64,000 bases of DNA, taken from the NCBI GenBank assembly GCA_050633485.1, contig JBOEGP010000026.1:39747-103746 (forward strand), read 5' to 3'. The notes below the pieces were generated by a model. It saw only the letters and a program-made list of their open reading frames with translations. It had not been told where the DNA came from and searched no databases. Shown in pieces: positions 30,033 to 41,800 of this stretch (the first letter of the stretch is position 1; the number at the start of each line of letters is the position of its first letter). The position numbers and the translations under genes are program-made. This DNA comes from Pseudooceanicola sp. Lineage in GTDB: Bacteria > Pseudomonadota > Alphaproteobacteria > Rhodobacterales > Rhodobacteraceae.

Positions 30033-32806
30033 CGGTCTTTCAGGAAATCTTCGATCGCACCGGCCATGTCCGCAACACCAATCCGCCGATCCCGCAAAAC
30101 CAGAACCTTGGGCAAATGCACGGTGGTCAGATTGGCCTTTGACACCACATCCTCCCACCCGATTGAGGGGCTGAACCCGCGCCCCTGCGGCGTGGCCGAC
30201 GTGACAATGTGCAACACCGGAAAGTCAATCGGATCAGGACGATAGGCATCGCGCATTCGCGACACAAAGGACACGAAACGTTCCTGATCCGCCTCAAGAT
30301 CGGACAGGCGCACGCGATCAATCAGGCCAAGCCGCGTGGCAAGGGCCAATATGCCGGTCTTGCGCACAATCCGATAGGACCCCAGCAAAGCGGCCAGTGA
30401 CATTTCCCCGTCGCGCACAGCGCGGATGCGGTTGCGCAAAGCGTGTATTTTTTCCCGACGGCTGACAGATTTATCCGCGCTCAGGGCTTGGGTATATCCC
30501 GGCTCCCAGACGTCTTTCATGACAACGCCGGCGATTGTCGCACCGTCACGCTGCAGAATGCGCGCCGCCTCAAGCGCGAGGTTGCCGTGTACACAATTTC
30601 CATACAACAAATAGGGGCCATCGGGCTGCGCCTGACGGATCACATCGGCATAATCTGCGGCAATTTCCTGAAATGGTTTGGGGTCCAGCGCAATGCCGCG
30701 CACCCCGTCCGACACAAGAACACAGCTGGATTGACGTGGCTGGGACCCGGCGGTGGCAAGGGCCACGGCCGTTGCCGCGTTGTTGACGGCGATCAACGGC
30801 TGGCCGACCCCGTCGCGACGCAACCGCATGATGCGCCAATCATCCGCGTCCGATCCAGTGCCTGTGTCCCGCGCGGCATCATCCACCCCATCCATGCGCA
30901 CCGAAACCAGGCGCGCCAAATCCGAAAGCGTCGCGTGTTCATACATCTGGGTCACGTCCAAGGCGACATTCCAGCGTTCCCTGATACGCGTCAACTGGCG
31001 CAGGACCAAAACGGAATGGCCCCCAAGGTCAAAGAAATGCGCATCCGCAGACAGGGATTGCACCCCAAGAATGTCCTGCCAATCGGCCCTAAGGGCGGCC
31101 AGAACCTCGGGGCGCGCCGGGGTGTTCCGGGCACGGGCCACCGGGGTTGCGGGGGCTTTCAGGATCGTTTTGTTCACCTCACCCGTCGCGTGGCGCGGGA
31201 AGGCACCCAGAACCGACACGCCGGTCAGATCTGCGGCCTCGGGCATGTCTGACAACGCATCCATCACCTTGCCCGGCAAATCCTCTAGCGGCAGGGTCCC
31301 TGTATCGCCCGGCACGACAAAACCAAAAGCGCCATTCCCTGACCGGATGACCGCCGCCTCGCGTACCATCGGGTGTGCGGCCAACAATTGTTCCAGCGCC
31401 GAAATCTGACGGCGATCCGATTGACCGCGTGTGATCAGGTGGCTTGGCAATTCTATTTCGCCAAGCGGCGTGGTGGGGTCATCAAACGCCGTCTGGAATG
31501 CCGTCTGCATAAGGTCCAGCACCGCGCGCGCGGTGGCCTCTTCGAACAATGCGGTGGAATATTCCAGGTTCATCTGCCACCCGGTTGGCCGTCCCATCAC
31601 GGCCAGGTCCAGATCATAGATCGCGCCCGGCGCGTGGCTGGGCGATGAAACCAGGTCGAACGCGCCATAGGATTTGGATTCCATGAACACGTTCTGCAGG
31701 TTGAAGTTGATCGAAATCAACGGCGTACGCGACGGATCACGCGGTGGATTCAGCCGTTCGACAAGGGTGTTGAATGGCATGGATTGGTGCATCAATGCGC
31801 CTTCGACCACCGGTTTGGACGCGGTGACATGGGCGCCGATCTGGGTCATCGCATCTGGTGCAAACCGCAAGACCAGATTGTTGATGAACACCCCGATCAT
31901 CGGGTCAAGTTCGACCTCCATGCGCCCGGCGATTTGCGTGCCGAACGACACATCCCCTGCGCCGCTGATCCGGTGCAAACAGGCGCTGAAAATGGCTGTC
32001 CCATAGGTAAAGGTCGACACCCCAAGCGCCTGCGCCGCACGTGCAAGTTGATCCCCGAACCCGTCGGGCAGGTCCATGGAAATCTGCGCCACATCAGTGC
32101 CTTTGACAGCCGGGCGCGGCTTGTCCGGAGTGACCTCAAAATACCTCGCATCCTGCAGGTGATCCAGCCAATAGGCGCTGTCTTCCTCCAGGACTCCGCT
32201 TTCCAGATATTCCTTTTGCCACAGGGTAAAATCCCCGTATTGCAGGGCCAGTTCGGGCAAATCGGGTGTGCGCCCTTCCTCAAGCGCCTGTGTGATCGTG
32301 CCAATTTCATGGCCCAGAACCCGGATCGAAAAGCCGTCAAAACAGCTTTGATGCACCACATAAACGATCATCGCCCGTTCAGAATCCAGCCGGATCAGCG
32401 TGGCCCGGATCAACCCGGCTTTGGACAAATCAAAGGGGCGTTCGGCCACCTCGTGTGCGATGGCTTCGATCCGGGCGGTTTGCGCGTCGGGCGCAATGGC
32501 GCGGATATCCACAAGGTCCAGCTTGAACGGCACATGATCCACAACCTGTTGAACCGGCGAACCATCCCTTTCCACGAAACGCGTGCGCAGGATTTCGTGC
32601 CGGTCGATCACCGTCTGAAACGCCTGTTCCAGATTGCTGGCATGGGCCGTGCCGCGCAATTCCCACCGTACGGCGACATTCAGCGACGGGTTGCCCGGTT
32701 GCATCTGATCAAGAAACCAGCACCGCGTTTGCGTTGTGGACAGCGGGAATTCCGCGACCACCTCGGCCGTGGATTGCGCCGATTGGGTTTTGTCGCGATC
32801 CATCAT
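30029..32806 (-). CDS. Non-canonical NRPS termination protein: C* - vestigial A subdomain - T - TE
   Basis: RHEILRT and HQSCFDG condensation domain; FFDLGGHS carrier; QPDGPYLLYGNCVHG thioesterase-like domain. Confidence 0.9.
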   Translation of the reverse strand: MMDRDKTQSAQSTAEVVAEFPLSTTQTRCWFLDQMQPGNPSLNVAVRWELRGTAHASNLEQAFQTVIDRHEILRTRFVERDGSPVQQVVDHVPFKLDLVDIRAIAPDAQTARIEAIAHEVAERPFDLSKAGLIRATLIRLDSERAMIVYVVHQSCFDGFSIRVLGHEIGTITQALEEGRTPDLPELALQYGDFTLWQKEYLESGVLEEDSAYWLDHLQDARYFEVTPDKPRPAVKGTDVAQISMDLPDGFGDQLARAAQALGVSTFTYGTAIFSACLHRISGAGDVSFGTQIAGRMEVELDPMIGVFINNLVLRFAPDAMTQIGAHVTASKPVVEGALMHQSMPFNTLVERLNPPRDPSRTPLISINFNLQNVFMESKSYGAFDLVSSPSHAPGAIYDLDLAVMGRPTGWQMNLEYSTALFEEATARAVLDLMQTAFQTAFDDPTTPLGEIELPSHLITRGQSDRRQISALEQLLAAHPMVREAAVIRSGNGAFGFVVPGDTGTLPLEDLPGKVMDALSDMPEAADLTGVSVLGAFPRHATGEVNKTILKAPATPVARARNTPARPEVLAALRADWQDILGVQSLSADAHFFDLGGHSVLVLRQLTRIRERWNVALDVTQMYEHATLSDLARLVSVRMDGVDDAARDTGTGSDADDWRIMRLRRDGVGQPLIAVNNAATAVALATAGSQPRQSSCVLVSDGVRGIALDPKPFQEIAADYADVIRQAQPDGPYLLYGNCVHGNLALEAARILQRDGATIAGVVMKDVWEPGYTQALSADKSVSRREKIHALRNRIRAVRDGEMSLAALLGSYRIVRKTGILALATRLGLIDRVRLSDLEADQERFVSFVSRMRDAYRPDPIDFPVLHIVTSATPQGRGFSPSIGWEDVVSKANLTTVHLPKVLVLRDRRIGVADMAGAIEDFLKDR

Positions 32807-35800
32807 GTGGCGCCCCCGCCCGTTGTGCGCCGGGCCCCGTTGCGAAAATCCTTGAGCGATGGCCGCGCCGGTGTCGAACCGCCCGCGTCGCGCCCGTCAT
32901 GAAACGCCGCCAATGCCCGGATGGACGGATGCGCGAACATATCGCGCGCCTCAAGGTTCAGACCGGCGTTCAACATCTGCGCTGCAATGCGAAACACCGC
33001 CAACGAATCCACACCCAATGTGAACAAAGTGTCCGTCACGCTGATCGCGTCCATGCCCAGAACCTGTTGCCAGATCGCGGCGATCTGACGTTCCGTATCC
33101 GTCTCGGGTGCGGTGATCTTGTGAAGCGGTGTCACGCTGGCTGTCTCGGCCGGATCAGGCAGCGCCTTGCGATCCAACTTGCCGTTGCCGGTCTGGGGCA
33201 ACGCGCTCAGAACCACCCAGGCGCGCGGTATCATGTAATCGGGCAGGTCCGCGGCCAGGGCGGTGGCCAGCGTATCTGTCACGATTTCAGCGCCGTCCTG
33301 GGCCACGACATATCCCACCAATTGACGATCGCCCGTTCCGCGCGCCCTAAGATCGACCGCCGCCTTGGCCACACCGGGCGCGGCGCGCAAACGCGTTTCA
33401 ATCTCGCCCAGTTCTATGCGGAACCCGCGCAGTTTCACCTGTGTGTCGATACGGCCCAGAACCTCGATTTCGCCGTCTGTGCGGCGGCGGGCAAGGTCGC
33501 CCGTCGCATAAAGGCGGCGTTTGGTTCCGTTCAGGTCCACATCACGGAATGCCGCGTCAGTCAGGTCAGAGCGGTTGTAATACCCCAATGCCAACCCGTC
33601 GCCCCCGATGTTCAATTCCCCTACAACACCTGTCGGGGCGACCTGCCCCGCGTCGTCAAGGATATGCAGATCGGTGTTGGCAATAGGATGGCCAATCGTG
33701 ATCGCCGCGTCAGCGTCAATGCGTTTCACGGCAGACCAGATCGTCGTTTCCGTGGGGCCATACATATTCCACAACTCGCCCCCCGTCGCGATCAGCCGTT
33801 CGGCCAGATCGCCGGGCAAAGGTTCGCCGCCACACAACATCAAGAACCCCTTGGGCGGGGTGAACCCGGCTGTCAGCACCATATCCCAAAGGGTTGGCGT
33901 GGCCTGCATCGCGTTGATGTCCCCGGCGCCCAGCCGTTCAACCAGTTTGAAACCGTCAATGACATCTTCGGTTGTGGCGATCACGACGCGCCCGCCAACG
34001 GTGAGCGGCAGGAACAATTCCAACACCGCAATGTCAAACATCACCGTGGTCACGGCAAGCAGGGTGTCATCGGCCCCAAGGCCGGGTTCGTCGGCCATTG
34101 AGGTCAGGAAATTGACCACCGCGCGGTGCGGCACGGCCACGCCCTTTGGCGTGCCCGTCGATCCCGATGTAAAGATCACATAGGCGGCGTCTTCGGGGCT
34201 GACGCGGGGCGCATTTGGCGTCGCACCGGGTACGGCGGCCCCGGTCAGGATCAGTTCCAGCCCGGTGTCGGTGGCGAAATCGGCAGTTTCGGCTGTGTCC
34301 GTCAGCACCGCCGCCACTTCGGCGGTTTCAGCGATCTGGCGCAGGCGCGCAGCCGGTTGGCGTGGGTCCAGTGGCACATAGGTATGCCCCGCCTTAAGGA
34401 TCGCCAGCATCCCCGCCAGCATCTGCGCGCCGCGCGGCAAACACAAAGCGACCCGCGCGCCCTTGCCCGGAACCCGCGATTGGATCAGCGCAGCCAGGGC
34501 ATCACTCTGATCGCCAAGCGCGCGATAGGTTGTCTGACCCTCTGCGTCCTCAACCGCGACCGAATCCGGGTGCGCATCCACCATGGCGGCGACAAGATCG
34601 GGCAAGGTGGCGGTGCGGTCGTAATCACGTGCGATCCCGCCCGCCGCATCGTTGATCGCCGCGCGATCCCCGGCCGACAACAATGGCAGGGTTTCAACCG
34701 GTTGATCCGGCGCGTTGGCCATCTCAGTCAGAACAACTTCGAATGCGCGGGTCCATCCGGCAATTGTTGGCGCATCGAACAGATCGGCGTTGTAATGCGC
34801 CTCGATCCGCAACCCGTCGCTGGATTCCGCCATGTTAAAGAACAGATCGAAATTCACCGCCACCTTGGGATTTGGGCGAAATCGCGTGCCCAGCCCCTGC
34901 ATCGGCAAAAGCGGCGTGTCCTTTTCAAGGTTGAATTCAATCTCGGTCAGAGGAAGGCGATTGATCTGGCGCGGAACATCCAGCGCGTGAACAATGGCGC
35001 CAAACGTGGTGTCCTGATTGTCAAACGCGGCGCGCAGATGGTCACGCACGGTGCCAAGGTGATCAATCACCGACGCGCCCCTGGCGATTGGCGCGCGCAC
35101 CGGCAGGAAATTCACGCAATGCCCCACCAGATCGGGGTTCGCCATATCCTGTTGCGCGGCGGTCGGCACCCCCAACACAACGTCATGCGCACCGCTCAGG
35201 CGGTGGACAAGGGTCTGCATGGCGGCGAAGCCGGTGGCAAACAGGGTACAGCCCTGTTTCGCGCCCATTTTGCGCAGATCTTTGATCAACTCGGGGCCGA
35301 TCTGATGAAAAACCGTGCCGCCCGCGTGGCTGCGCCGTGCCGGGCGCGGCCGATCCGTGGGCATGTCAGGCAATGCCGGCAGGTCGGCATATGTCGAACG
35401 CCAGAACGCAAGGGCATCACCATTGGCGCCACCTGCGGCCTGGTCCAGCGCATGCGCGGCAAAGGAGGGCGCGGCAGGCAGGTTCGCAGGTTCGCCAGAC
35501 ACTTCGGCGGAATAGAACGCGGCAAGATCATCCAACATGACCCCAAAGGACCACCCGTCAGCCACAATGTGATGCGCGGTCATCACCAACACATGCGCAG
35601 TGTCCCCCAGACACACCAACGTCGCCCGAATTGGCGGTTCTGTCGTCAGATCAAAGGGGTGCGCGGCATCATCCGCGATCAGCTCGGCCAGGTCGGCCTG
35701 CGCATCCGGTGACGCGGAAAGATCGCGGGTTGCGAACACGTCGGCTTGCGGCGGGGTCACATCAAAGGCCGATCCGTCACGGGCAAATTTCAAACGCAGT

Positions 35801-38800
35801 GAATCGTGGCGCGCGATCAGTGCGCTCCACGCCGTTTGCAGCGCGCCTTTGTCCAGCATGCCATTCAACTCCAGCGACCCGCTTTCATTGAATGCCGCCG
35901 ATGCTGCGCCGCCCATCTGGTGGCTCATCCAGATTTCTTTCTGGCCTTCGGTCAGCGGAATGTTGGTTTGGCCGGCGTCACCGATCACCTTTTGCCCCGC
36001 TTGCCCCGTTTGCCCGATTGGGCCGGGCGCATCGGAAACGACGCCACCCTGCAATTCCGACAGGATCCCGACGGACAACAGGGCGTCCAACGCGGTTTCA
36101 AAGGCCGCGATGACCTTGTCGCATTCGGCCTGTCCGTGTTCGGTTGTCAGGAAACAACAGAACCCATCCATCACATGCACGCCCGCCATCCGCATCAACG
36201 GATAAAGCAATGTGGCGCGTGGATCGGCCTCGGTCGTGTTGATGACGAACCAGCTTGAATACACCTCGATCAGGTCAGGCAGGCCACGCTTGGTCATCAT
36301 CCCGCTCAGCGTTTTGGCCAATGCGGCTGTGCGTTCGGCGGCCGCGACCCACAGATCATCCCCTTGGGCGATCATGTGATCCAGAGTGGCATCAACGGCG
36401 GCCAGAACCAGCGGATGACGCACGAATGTACCCGCAAAGAATGTCGGCACCGCCTCGGGCTGACTATCGTCACCGAATTGCCATGTGCCCCCGTCCAGCG
36501 CATCCATGAAACGGGCATCTCCGGCCAGAACGCCGATCGGCATGCCCCCGCCCACAACCTTGCCATAGGTGGCCATGTCGCCCTGAATGCCCCAGACGCC
36601 CTGCATCCCGCGCCTGTCGGTGCGGAACCCTGTCACCACTTCGTCGATCACTAGGGCCGCACCGCTGTCACGGGTGATGTCACGCAGGGTTTGCACGAAT
36701 GCCTTTGGGCGATGCGCGGGATGGCGGCTTTGGACCGGCTCGACGATCACGGCGGCGATGTCGGCGGCATTGGCCCGGATCCATTCTGCGGATTCGGGGG
36801 CGCCATATGGCAAGACCTTCATATTGGTCAGGCCAGACCGCGGAATGCCCGGCGCAATCGGCAAGGCATTGGGGTCACCGCCACCGCGCGTCTTGCCTTT
36901 GACCAGAACCTCATCGAATTGCCCGTGATAATCCTTGTCAAACACAACGATGAGGTCACGCCCCGTGACCGTGCGCGCGACGCGCATTGCGGCCATCACC
37001 GCCTCGGACCCCGTGTTGCAGAACGTCACACGTTCGTGCCCGACAAAATCCGCGAATTTGCGCGCGACGGGGCCTGCGGTATCGGCCTGTGGGCCAATGG
37101 GAAATCCGCGCTCCATCTGCTGATTGACAGCCGTGATGACGAAATCCGGCGAATGGCCGAATGCCGTCTGGCCGAACCCGTTGACCAGATCGACCAGATC
37201 ATTGCCATCAAGATCATGGATATACGCACCTTTGGACCGATCCGCGACGATCGGGAACGTCAGTTCCTTCCATTCCTCACGGAAACCGGCGGCGGTGCGC
37301 GGGTCTGCCAGAACATCCCGGAATTCAGTCGTATAGGCCTTGGATTTCGCGTGTTTCGCGGAATATTGCGCGGCCAAATCCCTGGCGAATTCGATTTGCG
37401 CATCGGTCAGGGAACCACCGGTCACACTTGGCCCGCGACCAAATTTGAACCCGGCGGGTTTTTCGGCAGTTTCCGCAGCGGCCGGGGCTGCCTTGGCTGG
37501 CGCGGGTTGGGCAACCGGCGCGGGGCTGGCGGGCGACACGGGCACAACCGCCTGTGGCTGGCTTTGCGCACCCGAATTGCCAAACGCCTGAAGTTGCTGG
37601 GCAAACAATGCCTGCATCGCCTGAAGTTGGGCTTGAACGACGCCTTCCAGCCCTGCGGGCGCTGCGGCTGACACCGGGGCGGCAGGTACGGCGGCGGCGG
37701 CGAATTCAGACGGGGCGGCATTCCCCGCAACAGGTGCTGCGGCGGGAACGGCAACCGGTTCGGGATCCGCAGGCATGGCATCATCCAGAAAGCCCGCCAA
37801 AAGCGTCACAGTCGAGATATCATCCAACAACCGGCGGAACCCGATTTCCACCCCATAGCTGCGCGCGATCGCCTGACTGACCTGCCCCATGAACAGGGAA
37901 TCAAATCCCAGTTCCAGAAACGGCTGATCCACGTCGTCCGCGCCAATGTCTTCGCCGGACATCTCTGCCAGCAGGTCCGACAATTCAGGGATCAGGCGGG
38001 CCAGGCGATCAACGGTTTGCGGGGCTGGGACAGGCATGACGGGCCTCTCTTCAAGTTGGGGCATTGGGCCGTTCGGCGCGGGATTTGCGGCATCGGTCGG
38101 ACCCACTTGCGGGGCATCGACCCAATGGCGCTGGCGCTGGAACGGATACGAAGGAAGAGTGGCCTTGCGATGACCGTTTTGGCCCAATTGGGTCCAATTC
38201 ACGTCAACGCCCACACTCCATAAATCAGAGGCCGTGGCGGCCATCGAGTGTTCGTCTGAAACCGATCGGGCATGATCCGGCAACGATTGAAACACGCCTC
38301 GATGGCTACCACGGTCCAAAGCCTGCGCTGCGAATGCAGACAAGGTGCGGCCTGGGCCGACCTCAACAAACACAGGAGACTTTGTTCGAACGACCGCCTC
38401 AAGGGCGGCCTGAAAATTGACGCAGGCCCGTGCCTGAGCCGCCCAATAGGACGGATCGCGGGCCTCATCGTCGGTCAGTTCTGCGCCGGTCACCGCCGAA
38501 ATGATCGGGCGGGAGGGCGCATGTAGGGAAATCTGTGCCGCGGCTGTGGCCAGGTCATCCGCGACCGGGTCCATCATCGCGGAATGAAAGGCGTGCGACG
38601 TGTGCAGCCGTTGGTGCGGGATGTCAGCAGCGGCCAACGCGGCCTCAAGCCGTTCAATCGCATCGAACGGGCCGGCCACCACCTGAAGCTTTGGCGCATT
38701 GGTCGCCGCCAAATCCGTATCGGTAGTCAGATACGGCATCAGCACATCCAAGGGCGCGCGCACGGACACCATCGCCCCGCCCGGTTGATCCTGCATCAGG

Positions 38801-41800
38801 CGGCCACGTTTGGCGATCAGGGTCAGCGCATCTTGGAACGACATGACACCATTCAGGGCGGCGGCGGCGAATTCACCGACCGAATGCCCAATGCAGGCAT
38901 CCGGCGTGATCCCGCGCGACTGCCACAGTTTGGCGGTCGCGAATTCGGTCAGGAACAGCGCCGGTTGGGTGATCCAGGTTTCGCGCAAGGCGGCGGCGGC
39001 TTCGTCCTTGCTCAGGTCCTGGGCCAGGATCAGACGGCGCATATCGCGCCCCATGATCGGGGTCAGAATATCCGCGCCTTTGTCGATCCATTTGCGATAG
39101 ACCGGTTCACTGGCGTAAAGGCCAGACCCCATGCCGGGGTATTGCGCGCCCTGCCCCGGAAACAGGAACACGATATCGGCGTGGCCATCGCCCACAGGGG
39201 TTTTCGCGGGCTTGACGGTGCGCAGCTGTGCGACAGCGGCTTGCCTGTTGTCAGCCGCCACCGATGCGCGCCAATCAAAGACGCGCCGCCCCTGTTGCAG
39301 GGTCCGCGCCACATCCGCCAACGGCAGATCAGGGTGCGTATCCAGGTGATCGGCCAGATCGCTGGCCATTTGCTGCAACGCCTCGGGCGACTTGGCAGAC
39401 ATGGGCAGATGGGCAAACCCGGTCTGGGTTGTGGATGGGGTGGCGGCAGGCCGCGCCGGGGCCTCTTCCAGCACCGCGTGGGCATTTGTACCGCCAACGC
39501 CAAAGGAACTGACACCGGCGCGGCGCGGGCCATCCGCCGTCCAGTCGGTGGGTTCCGTGGGCACCCAAAACGGCGACCCATCCAGCGCAATGCGCGGGTT
39601 GAGCGCCCTGAAATGCGCGACCGGCGGGATTTCGTGGCGTTCCAGCGCCATGGCCGCCTTGATCACGCTTACAACGCCCGCGGCCGCGTCCAGATGACCG
39701 ATATTGCCCTTGACCGACCCAAGCGCACAGCGCCCGTCCGCCCCGCCAAAGGCCTGTTTCAAACCGGCAATTTCGATTGGATCACCCAACGGCGTGGCGG
39801 TGCCGTGGCATTCCATGTACCCGATGCTGTCGGCATCAATCCCGGCATCGCGATGCGCCATCGCAATCGCCTGTGCCTGGCCGGAAACGGACGGCGCGGT
39901 ATACGACATCTTGGCGGCGCCATCGTTGTTCAACCCGACGCCCCGGATCACCGCACGAATGCGATCCCCTGCGGCAACGGCATCGGACAGGCGTTTTAGA
40001 ACAACCACCCCGGCCCCGTGGCCAAACACCGTCCCACCCGCGTCCGCATCAAACGGGCGGCACTGCCCGTCAGGGGATGCCATGCCCGATTCCATGTACA
40101 AATAGCCGCGCTTTTGCGGAAAGGTGACAGACACCCCCCCGGCCAATATCGCCTCGGCTTCGCCCGAACGCAGCGCCTTGCAGGCCTGTGCGATGGCCAC
40201 CAGTGATGTGGAACAGGCGGTGTTGATCGCGATCGCAGGCCCCGTCAGGCCCAGCTTGTAAGCAACACGGGTCGCGATCCCGTCGCTGTCGTTTCCAGAC
40301 AATAGCGAATAGTCGAGCTGAAAACCGGTGGTGAATGCGCGCGCCGTGGCGCGGTCGGTGATCAGATGTTCCAACAGATAGGTGGACATTGATCCACCGG
40401 CATAAACGCCGATCCCGCCTGTGGACCGTGCCGGATCAATACCCGCATCATCCAGCGCCTGCTGGCAGACCTCAAGGAAAATGCGGCCCTGCGGGTCAGT
40501 CAGCGCCGCCTCACGCGGGCGCATGTCAAAGAATTTCGCGTCAAACATGTCCACGTCGGACAGGATCGACCGGGCGGGCACATAATTTGCCCCCGCACGG
40601 GTGGCGGCATCAAAGGCGTCTTCGGCTTGGGCCGGGTCAAAACGGGTGATCGTGCTGCGCCCTTGGCGCAATATGTCCCAGAAATCGTCAAGGGTATCGG
40701 CCCCCGGCAAACGGGCCGCCATGCCAACAATGGCAATGGCCCCATCCAAGGCCCCGCCTGAAATCGCGGCCGCGGCGCCGCCCGGATCAAACGCGCCCTG
40801 CCCTGACCCGCCCTTTTCCACGGCTAACATGGCCGAAAGGCGCGCGGAAAGATCACCCAAGCGCGGCACATCGAACATCAAAGTCACATCGAACCGCAGA
40901 CCAAGGGCGGATTCGATCAGGGCATGTGCCTCAATCAATTGCAGCGACGTGCCGCCCAGATCAAAAAACGTGTCATTGGCCGATGCGGCCGCGCCGCCAA
41001 GAACGCTTTGCCAGACGCCTGCAATGGTCGTTTGGACATCGCGCCCCGTGTCCTCTGTGGCGGGCAAACCGGCCTCGGCCAGCCCCGCGCGCAGAGCTTT
41101 TCGGTCAACCTTGCCCGCTTGGGTCAGGGGAAATGCATCGCAAATTTCGACGGTTCTGGGAAACACCTCAGCGGACAGATCATGGGCCGACGCAGATCGA
41201 AGCGATGCGACAAACGCGGCCCGATCCGCCACCGGCGTTTGCGGAACAACAAAGGCAACCAGCGATTTCGCCCGCCCGGGTTCGTCCTGCAATTCGACAA
41301 CCGCCTGGGCCACGTCGGGCAATGCACGCAAGACATGTTCGACGCCGTCAATTTCCACCCGCCGCCCAGCCAGTTTGACCTGGCGATCCACACGCCCAAG
41401 GAATTCGAAATTGCCATCCGCACGCTGACGGGCCAGATCCCCTGTCAGGTAAAGCCGACCGTCATGATCTTTGCGCGGATCAGCAACAAACGCCCGGTCA
41501 GTCAGGTCAGCCCGATTGTAATATTCGCAGGCAAGCGCAAGGCCACCAATCGCCAATTGCCCGGCCTGTCCGGGGTCAACCGGGTGCAGATCATCATCCA
41601 GCAACAGCACAGTTTCATGGGCCAGAGGATGCCCGATCGGGATTGGGCCATCACCAAGATCAGCCAGAGAAACCTCGTGCACGATGCTTTGAACACAGGT
41701 TTCGGTCGGCCCATACCCGTTGATCAACCGCAGGTCAGGCCACGCCTTTAGCAGCGTCTGCGCAGCCGCAACCGACATCACATCGCCGCCGGGATTGCAC

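Noticed and set aside
30029-32806. Pseudogene call for the C*-T-TE protein
   Set aside because: Uninterrupted 925-aa frame, intact carrier Ser, and translational coupling to the upstream NRPS-PKS
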